A stretch of 63,886 nucleotides of DNA, filler included, from Octopus bimaculoides (taxonomy: Eukaryota), in the NCBI RefSeq assembly GCF_001194135.2. It is 4 parts of 4 records of this genome, joined end to end, with 100 filler letters (N's around TTAATTAATTAA, not from the genome) between each part and the next. Parts side by side here need not be neighbours in the genome. Positions count along the whole stretch, not along the records: positions 20,712 to 46,257 come from NC_068986.1; positions 46,358 to 63,886 come from NC_068990.1; 2 more parts are not named here. One strand, written 5' to 3'. Positions 40,295 to 53,669 of this stretch are shown here, piece after piece. The stretch's first letter is position 1, and the number at the start of each line of letters is the position of its first letter. The notes below the pieces were generated by a model. That model made no database searches. It saw only the letters and a program-made list of their open reading frames with translations, and was not told where the DNA came from. The position numbers and the translations under genes are program-made.

Positions 40295-41235
40295 AAGGCG
40301 GCGACCTGATAGAATTGCTAGCACGCTAGACGAAATGCTTAGTATTTCACCCTTCGCTTAGTTCTGAGTTCATATTCTGACGTGGTTGACTTTGCTTTTC
40401 ATCCTTTCGGGGGTCGATAAATTAAGCAGTAGTGAAACACTGGGGTCGATGTAATCGACTAGTCCCCAAAACACACCCACCCACCAAATTTCAGGCCTTG
40501 TACCTATAGTAGAAAGGATTAATTCTACATATGGAAAATAGAATATTACATTTATAAAACCTAAATATCACTCCTGATTTATTGGGCACGTGCTGTGTGC
40601 AGTCAATTCTGGTAGACCAGTAGAGGACATTTTTAAGGAATGTAATGAGAGGTATGTTTGCTTGTATGTGTGGTGGGGGGATGCAGCATCTCCGACCAAA
40701 TTTAATATTTGACTTGGCGAAGAAGGCGGCGAGCTGGCATAATCGTTAGCACGCTGGACGAAATGCTTAGCGGTATTTCGTCTATCTTTACGTTCTGAGT
40801 TCAAATTCCGCCGAGGTCGACTTTACCTTTCATCCTTTCGGGGTCGATAAAGTAAGTACCAGTTGCGTACTGAAGTCGATTAGGTCGACTCCTGTACGCA
40901 ACAGGTACTTANNNNNNNNNNNNNNNNNNNNNNNNNNNNNNNNNNNNNNNNNNNNNNNNNNNNNNNNNNNNNNNNNNNNNNNNNNNNNNNNNNNNNNNNN
41001 NNNNATCGATCCCGAAAGGATGAAAGGTAAAGTCGACCTCGGCGGAATTTGAACTCAGAACGTAAAGATAGACGAAATACCGCTAAGCATTTCGCCTAGC
41101 GCACTAACGTTTCTTATTTCTTTATTGCCCACAAGGGGCTAAACAAAGAGAGAACAAACAAGGAGAGACTAAGGGATTAAGTCGATTACAGCGACCACAG
41201 TGCGTAACTGGTACTTAATTTATCGACCCCGAAAT
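40295..41235. mobile_element. SINE family A copies: 40295-40520 +, 40725-40879 +, 40885-41110 - (fold-back partner), 41110-41235 - (alternative-tail fragment)
   Basis: Family head and core motifs seen directly in both orientations. Confidence 0.85.
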
Positions 41236-41289
41236 CCTGCCCTTATTCTCTTCCAGATTTCAACATCCGTGTCTCGCCGCGTGCTCTAA

Positions 41290-41477
41290 ATAGATGCCCT
41301 TCTTTACTTCAATTCGGCCCTATTTTTAGACGGATTGTATTTTGCTCTCATGCGGCCCATTTTAAGATCTACGGCTGGGCTGTGGGTGTCCAGCTCTGTT
41401 AGTATGGTCTGCAGCTGATTACTGCTTTCCGACACGAATAAAATATCATCTGCGTATCGAAGATGCGTTAATAGCCT
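41290..41477 (-). mobile_element. RTE-clade LINE reverse transcriptase fragment
   Basis: LTHLRYADDILFVSESSNQLQTILTELDTHSPAVDLKM (YADD codons at 41456-41445). Confidence 0.78.
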
Positions 41478-42479
41478 CAGGAGTGGCTGTGTGGTAAGTA
41501 GCTTGCTTACCAACCACATGCTTCTNNNNNNNNNNNNNNNNNNNNNNNNNNNNNNNNNNNNNNNNNNNNNNNNNNNNNNNNNNNNNNNNNNNNNNNNNNN
41601 NNNNNNNNNNNNNNNNNNNNNNNNNACACACACACACACACATACACACATACACATAGAGTGTGTATGCAAATTGCTTATAGTTACGTATATAGATAAC
41701 ATTTACGTTTCCCAACTCAGTGTTCATGTACGTTCTGCGCCTTACAAAATAATTTATCATCGTTAGTTAACAGAGTAATCCTTTTCCTTATTGTGATCTT
41801 GAATTCCAAATGAATGTGTGTGCTCGCGCGCATGTGTGTGTGTTTGAACTATGCATATATGTATAAGTATGTATGCACACGTATGTAATTGCATGGAGAG
41901 GGGTCTACATGTGTTCGGTTTGTGTTTGTGTGTGCGTGAGCGTACAAGTGGGTTTCGCCCTAACATCGCGAAACAATTTCGTATTCAGAAATAAGCAATT
42001 CAGTAAATTATAAATACTAAACTATTTATGGGAAACGATTTATTGTATGCGCCGTACTAGATTTCTATATCTGCCTAAAACTACTAAATGTAAGTCTTTA
42101 ATTCTCTTTGTTAATCGATATTTGTCAGATCCTTCCCATTTTTCAAAATCTAAGAGCCGGTTATTATTGATGCATTTATTTTAATCATATTTGATATCTT
42201 ATTTATTTCTCTATGTTGTATAAAATCAACATTAAAATAATATATCTTCATGCCACTGGTTATAACCACAGAAAGTCGAACAATTGAAAGATCTAGTATG
42301 CGTAATAGATGAGTTCCGAGAAATGACAGCAAAATCTTTCTTAAAATCACACGCCAACATCTTTAAAATAAAAGAAGGCCTCGCTGAATGTTATGATCCT
42401 AGATATACACAAGCACAAGAATGGACATACTTGAAAGTGTTCGATCACAATCAAGATGACAAAAATCGTTTCTATTCTA

Positions 42480-42680
42480 GGAACAAGGCCTGAAATTGGA
42501 GGAGGGGCATTCGATTAGATCGACACCAGAACGCAACTGGTACTTAATATATCGACCCCAAAGGATGAAAGGCAAAGTCTACCTCGGCGGAATTTGAACT
42601 CAGAACGTAAAGACGAGCAAAATACCACTAAACATTTCGTCCGGTCTAATAACGACTTTGCGAGCTGGCTGCCTTAAGAT
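42480..42680 (-). mobile_element. SINE family A copy
   Basis: Reverse-complement core ggatgaaaggcaaagtctacctcggcggaatttgaactcagaacg. Confidence 0.8.
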
Positions 42681-43368
42681 TTTCTGCGTAGCACGTGGGT
42701 GATATTCGAACTCGCAAACATAGACTCGCAGCCGAGCGTTCTACGTTCACGCCCACACACCCTGAGATAATGATAATAATAATAATAATAAAAATAATAA
42801 CGATAATAATAANNNNNNNNNNCTGAGATAATGATAATAATAATAATAATAAAAATAATAACGATAATAATAATAATAATAATAATTTTTTTTTTTTTTT
42901 TTTTTTTTTTTAATACATATTTTACCTATGAATTTGCGTGTGTAAATTGGGAATGCATACAACGTTTCTCTGCCCTAGGTGTACGGAAAACACTCGGCGA
43001 GAAATGGGAAAAAATTTGAAGAAAGAAAAAAAAAACATAATAATAATAATTATTATTATTATTATTATGATGATGATGATAACACTCCTTTCTTTATTAA
43101 CCACTAAGTGCTTACAAAGAGATGAAGGACATAATAATAATAATAACAGCAACAACAACAAGAACAACAAAACGTTGACGTAGCATTTGGTGAGTTAACA
43201 AAGAATTCGTCCCGAATACTCGAAAAATAAAAAAGAAAAAACATTATAATAATGACACTGTCGTGCACACCGAGTCAACAACACAGATTTGCAAGCAAAT
43301 CTTACTTGTAACTTGTTTACCGGAATTTTATTGGCAATTACTCACACATAAACAAAGACACCCTTAGT

Positions 43369-43413
<45 letters not shown>

Positions 43414-44730
43414 ACACACACACATACGCATCGAAGCTAACTTACAGATGACATATAACCATAAAAATCTATATATTATATACAGACACGCATTCAATTT
43501 CCCTTTCTGTTATATCAGTGTTTGTATATAAAACATGACAGGCCAGCCGCACACACAACGCACAGCACGCAAATATATTACATTATATAATCTCNNNNNN
43601 NNNNNNNNNNNNNNNNNNNNNNNNNNNNNNNNNNNNNNNNNNNNNNNNNNNNNNNNNNNNNNNNNNNNNNNNNNNNNNNNNNNNNNNNNNNNNNNNNNNN
43701 NNNNNNNNNNNNNNNNNNNNNNNNNNNNNNNNNNNNNNNNNNNNNNNNNNNNNNNNNNNNNNNNNNNNNNNNNNNNNNNNNNNNNNNNNNNNNNNNNNNN
43801 NNNNNNNNNNNNNNNNNNNNNNNNNNNNNNNNNNNNNNNNNNNNNNNNNNNNNNNNNNNNNNNNNNNNNNNNNNNNNNNNNNNNNNNNNNNNNNNNNNNN
43901 NNNNNNNNNNNNNNNNNNNNNNNNNNNNNNNNNNNNNNNNNNNNNNNNNNNNNNNNNNNNNNNNNNNNNNNNNNNNNNNNNNNNNNNNNNNNNNNNNNNN
44001 NNNNNNNNNNNNNNNNNNNNNNNNNNNNNNNNNNNNNNNNNNNNNNNNNNNNNNNNNNNNNNNNNNNNNNNNNNNNNNNNNNNNNNNNNNNNNNNNNNNN
44101 NNNNNNNNNNNNNNNNNNNNNNNNNNNNNNNNNNNNNNNNNNNNNNNNNNNNNNNNNNNNNNNNNNNNNNNNNNNNNNNNNNNNNNNNNNNNNNNNNNNN
44201 NNNNNNNNNNNNNNNNNNNNNNNNNNNNNNNNNNNNNNNNNNNNNNNNNNNNNNNNNNNNNNNNNNNNNNNNNNNNNNNNNNNNNNNNNNNNNNNNNNNN
44301 NNNNNNNNNNNNNNNNNNNNNNNNNNNNNNNNNNNNNNNNNNNNNNNNNNNNNNNNNNNNNNNNNNNNNNNNNNNNNNNNNNNNNNNNNNNNNNGCAGAG
44401 TCTTCTCTCTCTCTTTATGCGCGCGCATTCATACATACGCAGGCACAAATGCACACATATACATACACAGATACGCACACGCACACATACACACTCACAC
44501 ACACACACACACACACACATACACACACACACACACACACATGACACATATGCATGTAGTATGTATGTATACATACAAGCATAGCCGGTGCGCCACGGCT
44601 GGGAACAGAAGTACAAATATCCCGAAATTTTGTTTTTAATGAAATGATATTCGGCTTAATAAAACACTGTTGGATTTCATGTAAGAAATTAATTTGTTTT
44701 CCATTACGTTTATAGCAGTCCAGTGTGTGT

Positions 44731-44960
44731 GGAGGCGCGTGGCTTAGTAGTTAGGGGTATTGGACTCATGATCGTAAGACTGTGGTTTCGATTCCTGGAC
44801 CAGGCGATGCGTTGCGTTCTTGAGCAAAACACCTTACTTCACGTTGCTCTAGGCCATTCAGCTAGCAAAATTGAGTAAACCTGCGACGGACCGGCGTCCC
44901 ATCTAGGTGTGGAATGCATACGCCATGAAACCGGGAAACCGGCTCTCGAGAGCCGGCATG
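44731..44960 (+). mobile_element. SINE family D (tRNA head, CORE-like and Meta-domain-like body)
   Basis: ggaggcgcgTGGCTTAGTAG (A box), GGTTTCGATTCC (B box), ttcttgagcaaaacac, aacctgcgacggaccggcgtcccatctagg..gaaaccggg. Domain names are from recollection only. Confidence 0.7.
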
Positions 44961-45149
44961 ACTTTAAAAGGTAACTTGACCCTTACTTTAGTCTTGTGTG
45001 TAACGAATTACAAATACACACATTTTGTAGTATGTCTTTTAAGTGAAATTAGCAGTTGTAAATATTATCATGTCAGTCCCTCAAGATATTTAAGGACTTT
45101 AAGGTTTTCAGCAGCCGCATAAATATAGAGAACTTACTAGCGCATCTCA

Positions 45150-46020
45150 TCTCTAATTGGTCCTTATGAAGCAGTATTCCTCAAAATGTAGTCCAGTATC
45201 AATCAGGGGTTATTCTTGGAATTTGATGATTTATATGGCAAGACTTATGTTTTGGAAATTGATGCCCTTTAAATTGAAACACAACTTTTGTTGGTCAGAG
45301 TAGAATTCTGGACATGGGTGCATCTTCTCCATTTGTGCACATCACTATTTTTAGAAATAGATCATAAATGATACAACTTGGAAAAGCGGTAAACATTGTA
45401 CCCCATCGATTCAGTGCTTGCAGTTATTTGAATGAAATAAACCTATTAGCCATTATTCAAGTGGACAGCAAGTTGTTGAATGGGTGAGTGTCTTTATGAA
45501 TGGGAAAGACTAATGAGCGCCAGAAAGCCTCACTGATCTTGCTTGAATTCAGTAACCTCATTGTGGTGGCTTTACTTTGTCGGAGTGAACATTGTAGCAT
45601 CATTAGATCTTTTAATGACAAATTTCAAGAATATTTGATGTATTTCACAGAATTGCAAAACTCTATTGATGTACTCATTAAATTTCTTGGTCAGAAGTGG
45701 GTTGTAAAGAACTATTCACCTGTTGTCTCTACTTCATTCTGTCGAACCGATCTTCGGAAGATTCCATCATATACAGCTCTTCTTCTGTAAGAAGGTTAAC
45801 TATCTTCATCTGCTTAGAAATCATTCAGTGCATTTCTTCTCTTCCATGGAAGCGAATTCCTGTTCAGGTTACCACAAAGACCATCGACATTTTAACAATA
45901 GTAATAAGCTCTTTCCTCTTTCTCCCTGTATTGGTTTGTAAGGTCTACAGATATCAAGAAATCAATTTAATTGGAAGAAATCATTTTTCTTTAAGTTGCG
46001 TGTACATGACAAGCATTCTG
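45150..46020 (-). mobile_element. very old RTE-like LINE remnant
   Basis: Only scattered, frame-broken endonuclease/RT-like words are visible; non-microsatellite island. Confidence 0.35.
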
Positions 46021-46214
46021 TATTTGTAGAAATAATGAGGGAAATATTGCTTATAGCAAAATAAATTGAACGTAATTTGAACTCGCATCCATAAAATTTG
46101 AAACATATAATGTAATTAAAGTCAGTTGATGTATCAATTTCTACGTCCCGTGCACAACTAGAGCAGCTCTACGTTAATCAATTCATCTGCTAAACAGAAA
46201 CAGGAGAAAGAAGA

Positions 46215-46257
<43 letters not shown>

Positions 46258-47717
46258 NNNNNNNNNNNNNNNNNNNNNNNNNNNNNNNNNNNNNNNNNNN
46301 NTTAATTAATTAANNNNNNNNNNNNNNNNNNNNNNNNNNNNNNNNNNNNNNNNNNNNTGATATTCACATGGCCCGGTTCCAGGTTCGGAGTCGCATTCCG
46401 TATGGACTCAGTTTGCAACCTATCCTCCCAGTCTTCCCACTTAACATCTATCCGGTGTAAGCAGTGGACCAGGAGGGTTGCGTATCACACCTTTGTCATA
46501 ATGAACTGGTGTCCTATGTGACCCAATGAGATTGTTCATGGGTCCCGAGAACATTCCACCCGTGCTGGGTAGGCAAACACTCGGTAAATTCCCGCCACTG
46601 GTACTGTTAAGATGCCCCGTACCTCTACAGCCTTTCAGGGTCAGTTAAGCTTGGTGTCAGGGATAAACTTATTTCTGTCCTTGTGTTTGGTTCGTCTAAG
46701 GGCTTCATTTTAGTACTCCACATTATATAAGAAAATCCCTTCGTTGGCGGAGTGGTTTGAAACCCTAATTAAACTATTGCTAAGTAAGTGGTCGACAATA
46801 TACCTGGGATGTCATGATTATCAATGAACGTAATGGATGCTTGTGGTACAGATAATATAATACTTGATCTAGATCAAATGTAATATCTAGAAAAATATTC
46901 CTTTTGTTGTGCTTTTTATCTAGAAGATTCAGGAACATGTGAGCCTGAGTTTATGCGAGCGTACAGGGTGGTGATACTCTGGTTTGAACAAATTTACGGT
47001 AAGAACAGTATCTTGTTCCTATAGTTTGACATGGGGAATTACTACCCATGAATATCCTTTATAGTACTCAATAACGCCCTTATAATGGCTGGCTAAAAGG
47101 TTTCAGGTATAATACAACATCAGATTAATACTGAACAATTGTGTGTCAGAGCTCGGGGTCTTTACTAACGATTTGTTCGTTCATTCTCTGTTGTTTGTCT
47201 ATTTTCCCCTCTGTCCGCATTTTCTCTTTTCTCTTTCCACGGTTTTTAGAAAAATGGTCTTTGCTAGGCTATTGGATCTTGTTATAAGGTCCATACCATT
47301 TCAGATTTCTTTTCTTCACCGTTGTGAGGAGACCATCACATGAAGCAATATGAAGAGGTATAGTGTCAAGAACCCGTTCGTTGGTATTATGGTCCAAATC
47401 CGAAATGCCTATGATGTTGCGGTAGGATCATCCTATGCTTGTATCTTTCTCTGAATCTGTGCTGTGAGAGATCATTTCCTGACATGCATTCAGGAAAATG
47501 GAATGTTCCAGTCCACACAGTTGCCTAACTTTGTTGTTCATAGTTTTAGAAATATATCTTACAGAATTACTTCTGACATTACAACGTGATCATATTTTCT
47601 ATAATTATTTTTCAAAATATTCTTTCTTCAGAAGCTAGTTATTATGCAGATGTCGAGTCAAAATAAACAGTGCAACTGCAACCACGAAGCAAATATATAA
47701 ATACTCGTGTGTGTGTA

Positions 47718-47754
<37 letters not shown>

Positions 47755-48017
47755 GTACATATATACATAATATATTAAGCGTATGGCGCCACTGCTGTCA
47801 AAATTTTAATGGTGGAGTTCTGTTTCTTTTTTTCTTAGAAACCAATTTCTTCTTTAAAGGAATAATTCAAATAATAAAAAAAGAGAGCATATAAACATGC
47901 TTGTACACGTGCATGCATAGATATATACATACAAACTTAGCTATTTGTATACAAACACACACGCATACACGTATGTTCAAACGTTTGTTCCTTTAAGTCC
48001 AAATTGTGAAGTTGCAT

Positions 48018-48070
<53 letters not shown>

Positions 48071-48540
48071 GTACGCATTCTGAGTTTAAATCCACCAAGG
48101 TCCATTTTCGCTTTCACCCTTTTGAGGCTGATAAAGTACGAATGCGATGGACCGATGGGATTTTCAGAACTTTGGATGAGATGCCTTGTGTTACTGGATT
48201 CAAATCTTACCGTTCTGTGTTCTTGGGTGGTAGATTTAATCTCAAACTCAGGTTTGTACCATCACCTGGAACTTGAGTATCATTGAGGAATGTTCATTCT
48301 GCTGCCGACCTCCGGATCCAGGTCTACAGTTTGAGGTTAACTACCTCCCTTTCTTCCACCGGTCTCGGAGACTTTGCTGGAACAGGGGTTAACGGCATTG
48401 TCTTCCATCCTTCCTCACACATACACACACACACATATGTATGTATGTATGTACGTATGTATGTATGTATGTATGTATGTATATATGTATGCATGTATGT
48501 ATGTATGTATGTATGTATGTATGTATGTATGTATATGTGT

Positions 48541-48772
48541 TATTTCTTTACTACCCACAAGGGGCTACACACAGAAGGGACAAACAAGGACAGACAAACG
48601 GATTAAGTTGATTATATCGACCCCAGTGCGTAACTGGTACTTATTTAATCGACCCCGAAAGGATGAAAGGCAAAGTCGACCTCGGCGGAATTTGAACTCA
48701 GAACGTAGCGGCAGACGAAATACCGCTAAGTATTTCACCCGGCGTGCTAACGTTTCTGCCAGCTCGCCGCCT
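48541..48772 (-). mobile_element. SINE family A, alternative-tail subfamily, flanked by (CATA)n/(CA)n
   Basis: Near-perfect head and core; the 3' tail is gtccttgtttgtccc..gccccttgtgggtagtaaagaaata rather than the (ATT)n-type tail. Confidence 0.88.
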
Positions 48773-48794
48773 TTGATGTGTATGTATGTATGCA

Positions 48795-48830
<36 letters not shown>

Positions 48831-49129
48831 CGTGCGCTCGTATATATGTATATTTTTCCTTTGAGTTTTACTTAAGATCTTCTTGAGAGAGTTGAAGCCG
48901 GTCGCTAACAAATTGACAGACATTTTGAGTTAAGAGAATTCCCGGTGCTTATAAATATGCGGTTGAGTTGGTGTGTTGGTTGAGCTACCGATGCATACAC
49001 TCAAGTGTCTGTATCTATTCACATAAGAATCTCAGATGTAGGATTTTTGGAACGTCTGTAGTGCGATGAATAGATTGTGTTTGGAGAATCCACATCAGTT
49101 TTTTTTGCTCTTTCTCCGTGACACCGAGA

Positions 49130-49162
<33 letters not shown>

Positions 49163-49555
49163 TGTATGTATGTATGTCATTATTCAGTTTTATTTCGAGA
49201 TTTCTTGCCAATAGAGCCGGTTTCTAACCTAGATCCAAGGCTCCTTCACTGGAATTTCAATAACATCAATAAGATATTTTTGTTTTTGTGTATATGTGCA
49301 GATTTTTATGTTTTGTTTTATGTATATATTCTCATGCATACAATTGCACATCTAACGTTTTACAGATTTTTACAGTTCCAATGATGGCTTGAATCTCTAG
49401 ACTTCGAACCAGCTTTCTCCTTTATGGTTTTGAGAAGACTAATTTCTCAGTATTGGTACTTAGGGAGTGTATTACATATGCCTGTGCCCCAATAATATTT
49501 TTGTGTGTATGTATGTATGTATGTATGTATGTATTATGTATCATTTAGGATTTGT

Positions 49556-49933
49556 GGAGGTGCAATGGCCCAGTGGTTAGGGCAGCGGACTCGCGGTCAT
49601 AGGATCATGGTTTCGATTCCCAGACCGGGCGTTGGGAGTGTTTCTTGAGCGAAAACACCTAAAACTCCACGAGGCTCCGGTAGAGGATGGTGGAGAAACC
49701 CTGCTGTACTCTTTCACCACAACTTTCTCTCACTCTTACTTCCTGTTTCTGTTGTGCCTGTAATTCAAAGGGTCGGTCTTGTCACACTGTCACGCTGAAT
49801 CTCCCCGAGAACTACGTTAAGGGAACACGTGTCTGTGGAGTGCTCAGCCACTTGCACGTTAATTTCACGAGCAGGCTGTTCCGTTGATCGGATCAACTGG
49901 AACCCTTGACGTCGTAAGCGACGGAGTGCCAAC
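49556..49933 (+). mobile_element. SINE family C, full-length (~380 bp)
   Basis: ggaggtgcaaTGGCCCAGTGG (A box), GGTTTCGATTCC (B box), long body shared with 25773-26117. Confidence 0.88.
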
Positions 49934-50897
49934 ATGTATGTATGTATGTATGGAATGTATTTATGTATGTATTTCTCTTTCCTTTTTTAGTTTAGAGTAA
50001 ATTTTAACCGGCCACCTACTTGGTAGCAAGGTTGCGAAGGAAAGCATCTTGTTTTGTTCATCATCCTTTAAATCTTAATAAGGACTTGCAGATTTTATTA
50101 TCCTTGTTATCGTGATCACTTGTAGAGTATGAATTAAGGATTTGCGCTCTCTCCCTAAAAACCCAAGTTCAGCCATACTTTGCTCCAGACAGGTTGGTAT
50201 GTATCCTCTTGCTCCAGTAATAACAGGCATGAAGCTATTGTTTTCTTTTTTCTTTTTAATTCAGAATTAACTTTGACCGACCACCAACTTGGTAGCAAGG
50301 TTATGAAGGAAAGCATCATGCTTTTTTCATTATCCCTTAAATCTTAAGATGCTCTTGCGGATTTGAATAAGTCCAGATGTATGTATGTATGTATGTATGT
50401 ATGTATGTATGTATGTATGTATGTATGCATGCATGCATGCATGTATGTATGTATGTATGTATGCATGCATGTATGTATGTGTGTGTATGTGTGCGTGCAT
50501 ACGTGGGTGCTTACGTGTATGTATGTATGTATGTTTGTGTGTGTGTATGTATGTATGTATGTATACATGCATGTATGTATGTATGTGTGTGTGTGTGCGT
50601 GCGTGCATACGTGCGTGCGTGTATGTATGTATGTATAACTACAACTAGTTGAATGGTTGCGAGACCGTTTGATATTTGGCCTATTCACTATATATCAAAA
50701 GTAAGTCAGTGTGACGTTGGATATATATTAGCTGTTTGGAAAGGTGAGAAACAATGAGTGGTTCATAGCATTTCTATTGAGAACAGTGATAAGAACTATC
50801 ACACGTGTATCTATGCGAAAACGTAGATTTTAAAGTTTTCTTGCCCAGATATACATCTGTATGCCTGCCTGCCTGCCTGCCTGTCTGTCTGCCTGCC

Positions 50898-50944
<47 letters not shown>

Positions 50945-51065
50945 GTCTCTCTATGTCTCTCTCTCTCTATGTCTCTCTCTCTTTCCCTCTCTCAATCCAT
51001 CTATCTTTTTCTATTTATCTGGCTATCCATCCACCTCTCAAACTCTCTCTCTTCATCTATATCAC

Positions 51066-51119
<54 letters not shown>

Positions 51120-51379
51120 CACACATGATGGGCTTCTGTATAGTTCTCATCTACCATATTCCACGAACAAGGTATCGACCAACCAGGTATCAACTAAGGC
51201 TATAGTAAAAGACAACTCCGCAGGAAGCCGTGTGGTTGGAGCGAACTCGTAATGACGTAGTTGCAATGCCAACTTCTGATCCACACAGCTGTGCTTGCGC
51301 TTCTATAGCCATGCATATACATACATAATAGTGAATATTTATTCTCCCAATATTGATGTTTGGCCTCCTGAAGCATATA

Positions 51380-51509
51380 CAGGGGTGGTCAAATGTAGGT
51401 TTATAGCTGCTTAATATGAACGGAATTCTTATCCTGAAAAGAAATGGACAAATGAAAAGAACAATTCACTCATATTAAGCAACTGTATACCCTCTTTTGC
51501 CTATCCCTA
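51380..51509. mobile_element. Tc1/mariner-type MITE, 130 bp
   Basis: About 40-bp imperfect TIRs (caggggtggtcaaatgtaggtttatagctgcttaatatga vs reverse-complemented tagggataggcaaaagagggtatacagttgcttaatatga) with TA flanks. Confidence 0.7.
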
Positions 51510-51926
51510 TATAATTGTTGAAAGTAGACTAACTTAGTACACAACCTTATGCTGAAGTGAAGGTTATAACATGAAAACTCCCCTATATATGCCACAGATG
51601 TTTTATTGGTTCTATTTTAGAATATCCTGTTTAATAAGACCGGCTCCTGATAAGATGCTTCCGAGATAAAGGAGATGTATTGCTTAAGGTCTCTTTGCTA
51701 ACATTTTATACTTGAAGTGGATAGAAAAATATAATGAACCCCGCCTATCGCTTCGGAGTCTGTATAGAAACCGGTTCGCTGGTATCCAAACGACACAAAT
51801 GTGTCAGTGAGCTAAATCATAATCTGAAACGATGACCGAGTTATCAACATCGGTAACAAACTCACTCACCAACACACTCCAACCTTTATTCTATAGTCTC
51901 TTCAACCTAATTTTTGAGTACTACTA

Positions 51927-53213
51927 TTAGACCGTCAAGTATGAAATTTGTAGAAAAGAAAAAAAGTTTGCTAATGTTTTATAAATACAAGGAGTAGTTT
52001 TATTCATCAAAATATGCACCCATATTGTCAATACACTTTTGCAAATTTCAACGGTAGCTTGTCCAGCCTGGCAATCTAGAGTCGATAAAATCTTGGAAGG
52101 CCTGTTTTACAACATCGTCGGAATTGTATCTTTTCCCATCAAAAAATTATCCAAATTCTGGAAGAAGTGGTAGTCAGTGGGGTAAGGTCAGGTGAGTATG
52201 GTGGATGATGTTGAACTTCCAACTCCAACTCCTGTAGTTTTACCAATGTCATTTTTGCGATGTGTGGTCTGGTGTTGTCTTGCAATAAAGTAGGAGTNNN
52301 NNNNNNNNNNNNNNNNNNNNNNNNNNNNNNNNNNNNNNNNNNNNNNNNNNNNNNNNNNNNNNNNNNNNNNNNNNNNNNNNNNNNNNNNNNNNNNNNNNNN
52401 NNNNNNNNNNNNNNNNNNNNNNNNNNNNNNNNNNNNNNNNNNNNNNNNNNNNNNNNNNNNNNNNNNNNNNNNNNNNNNNNNNNNNNNNNNNNNNNNNNNN
52501 NNNNNNNNNNNNNNNNNNNNNNNNNNNNNNNNNNNNNNNNNNNNNNNNNNNNNNNNNNNNNNNNNNNNNNTTTCTCATTACATGTTACAATTCGATTTAA
52601 AAATTATTCATTTTTGTGACGAGAAAGTAGCATAATGCAGGCTCCCAAAATGTTGCTGTTTCTGATTTTCATTGAGTTCATGTGGAACCCACTTATCCAA
52701 CTTTTTCACTATATCGATTTGAACTAGGTGAGTGAAAATTGTTTGCTTGCTAACACCAAACAACGATAATTCACGGCCACTCTGAGATGGATCTGACTCG
52801 ACGGTGGCTTTCAGTTTGTCATTATCCACCTTTGTTTCTGGTCGACCGTGTTGCTTATTTGTGAGGTCAAAGTTATCAGAACGAAATTTTGCAAACCAAT
52901 TTGATACTGTCTGCTGTGTAATAACATAGAATGAAATACTCCATGAATATCCTGAGCTGTATGTGATGCTGTATTTCCAAGAAAGAACTCATATTTCAAA
53001 ACTGTACGAATTTCCGACTAATCCATCTCCAAACAAAAATAGCAAAAAACGATTTATAAATACTTTATAAAGCGCAAAATGAGTTAGAATAAAGAAATTG
53101 ATGTGTCAGCTTTCTAACAAAAAATAAAGATTGTCAAAATATAATGGTGCAAAATGAGCAGCTGTCTAAGTTTACCATATACCTTACTACAAATTTCATA
53201 CTTGACGACCTAA
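51927..53213 (-). mobile_element. full-length but inactivated mariner (DD34D, Hsmar1/cecropia-like)
   Basis: 27-bp TIRs TTAG(AC/GT)CGTCAAGTATGAAATTTGTAG (25/27 identical) with TA flanks. The transposase remnant reads DNDKLKATVESDP..KKLDKWVPHELNENQK..RIVTCNEK..HPPYSP, with frameshifts and an internal N gap. Confidence 0.92.
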
Positions 53214-53669
53214 TACAACAGTCTCTGCTCGTTTGAACTAACACACTTATTCCTCCTTAGCCCATTCATCAAACATCTCTCTCTCTCTTTTGCTGTCGTC
53301 ACTCATTCTGTGCATCAACTATTTATCAAACATTAACCATTATGCCCACCCCTTTATTTCCAAGAAGAACCAGCACAGGTTCAAGCTGAACATAGTCTGT
53401 ATCAATCTAACCTGTTTCAGAGGATCTGTGAGGCTCATGGGAATATTTTCTTCCTCCTGACTTGAACCATAAAAAACATATGAGAGTTTCAGTCTCTGTT
53501 CCTGTGCCTACAACAGTGAATTAAGGTTCTCTTTGCAGATCATACTTCATCCAGACGGAACGGTTGACGTTTTTATAGTTTTCGTTCTTTTCGTACCAGT
53601 TCTAACCGTAGCAGATTCTAGATGGTAAGGTTAAGCACTTGAGTAAAGCATTTCAGCAAAGATCAGTGC

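Noticed and set aside
36205-40880. CRISPR-like array suggested by recurring similar sequences with spacers
   Set aside because: The repeats are ~220-bp diverged SINEs at irregular spacing in a eukaryotic context, with no cas genes.
46358-46720. GC-richer island next to a scaffold join, maybe a LINE ORF remnant
   Set aside because: No diagnostic motif could be read in any frame; left unclassified.
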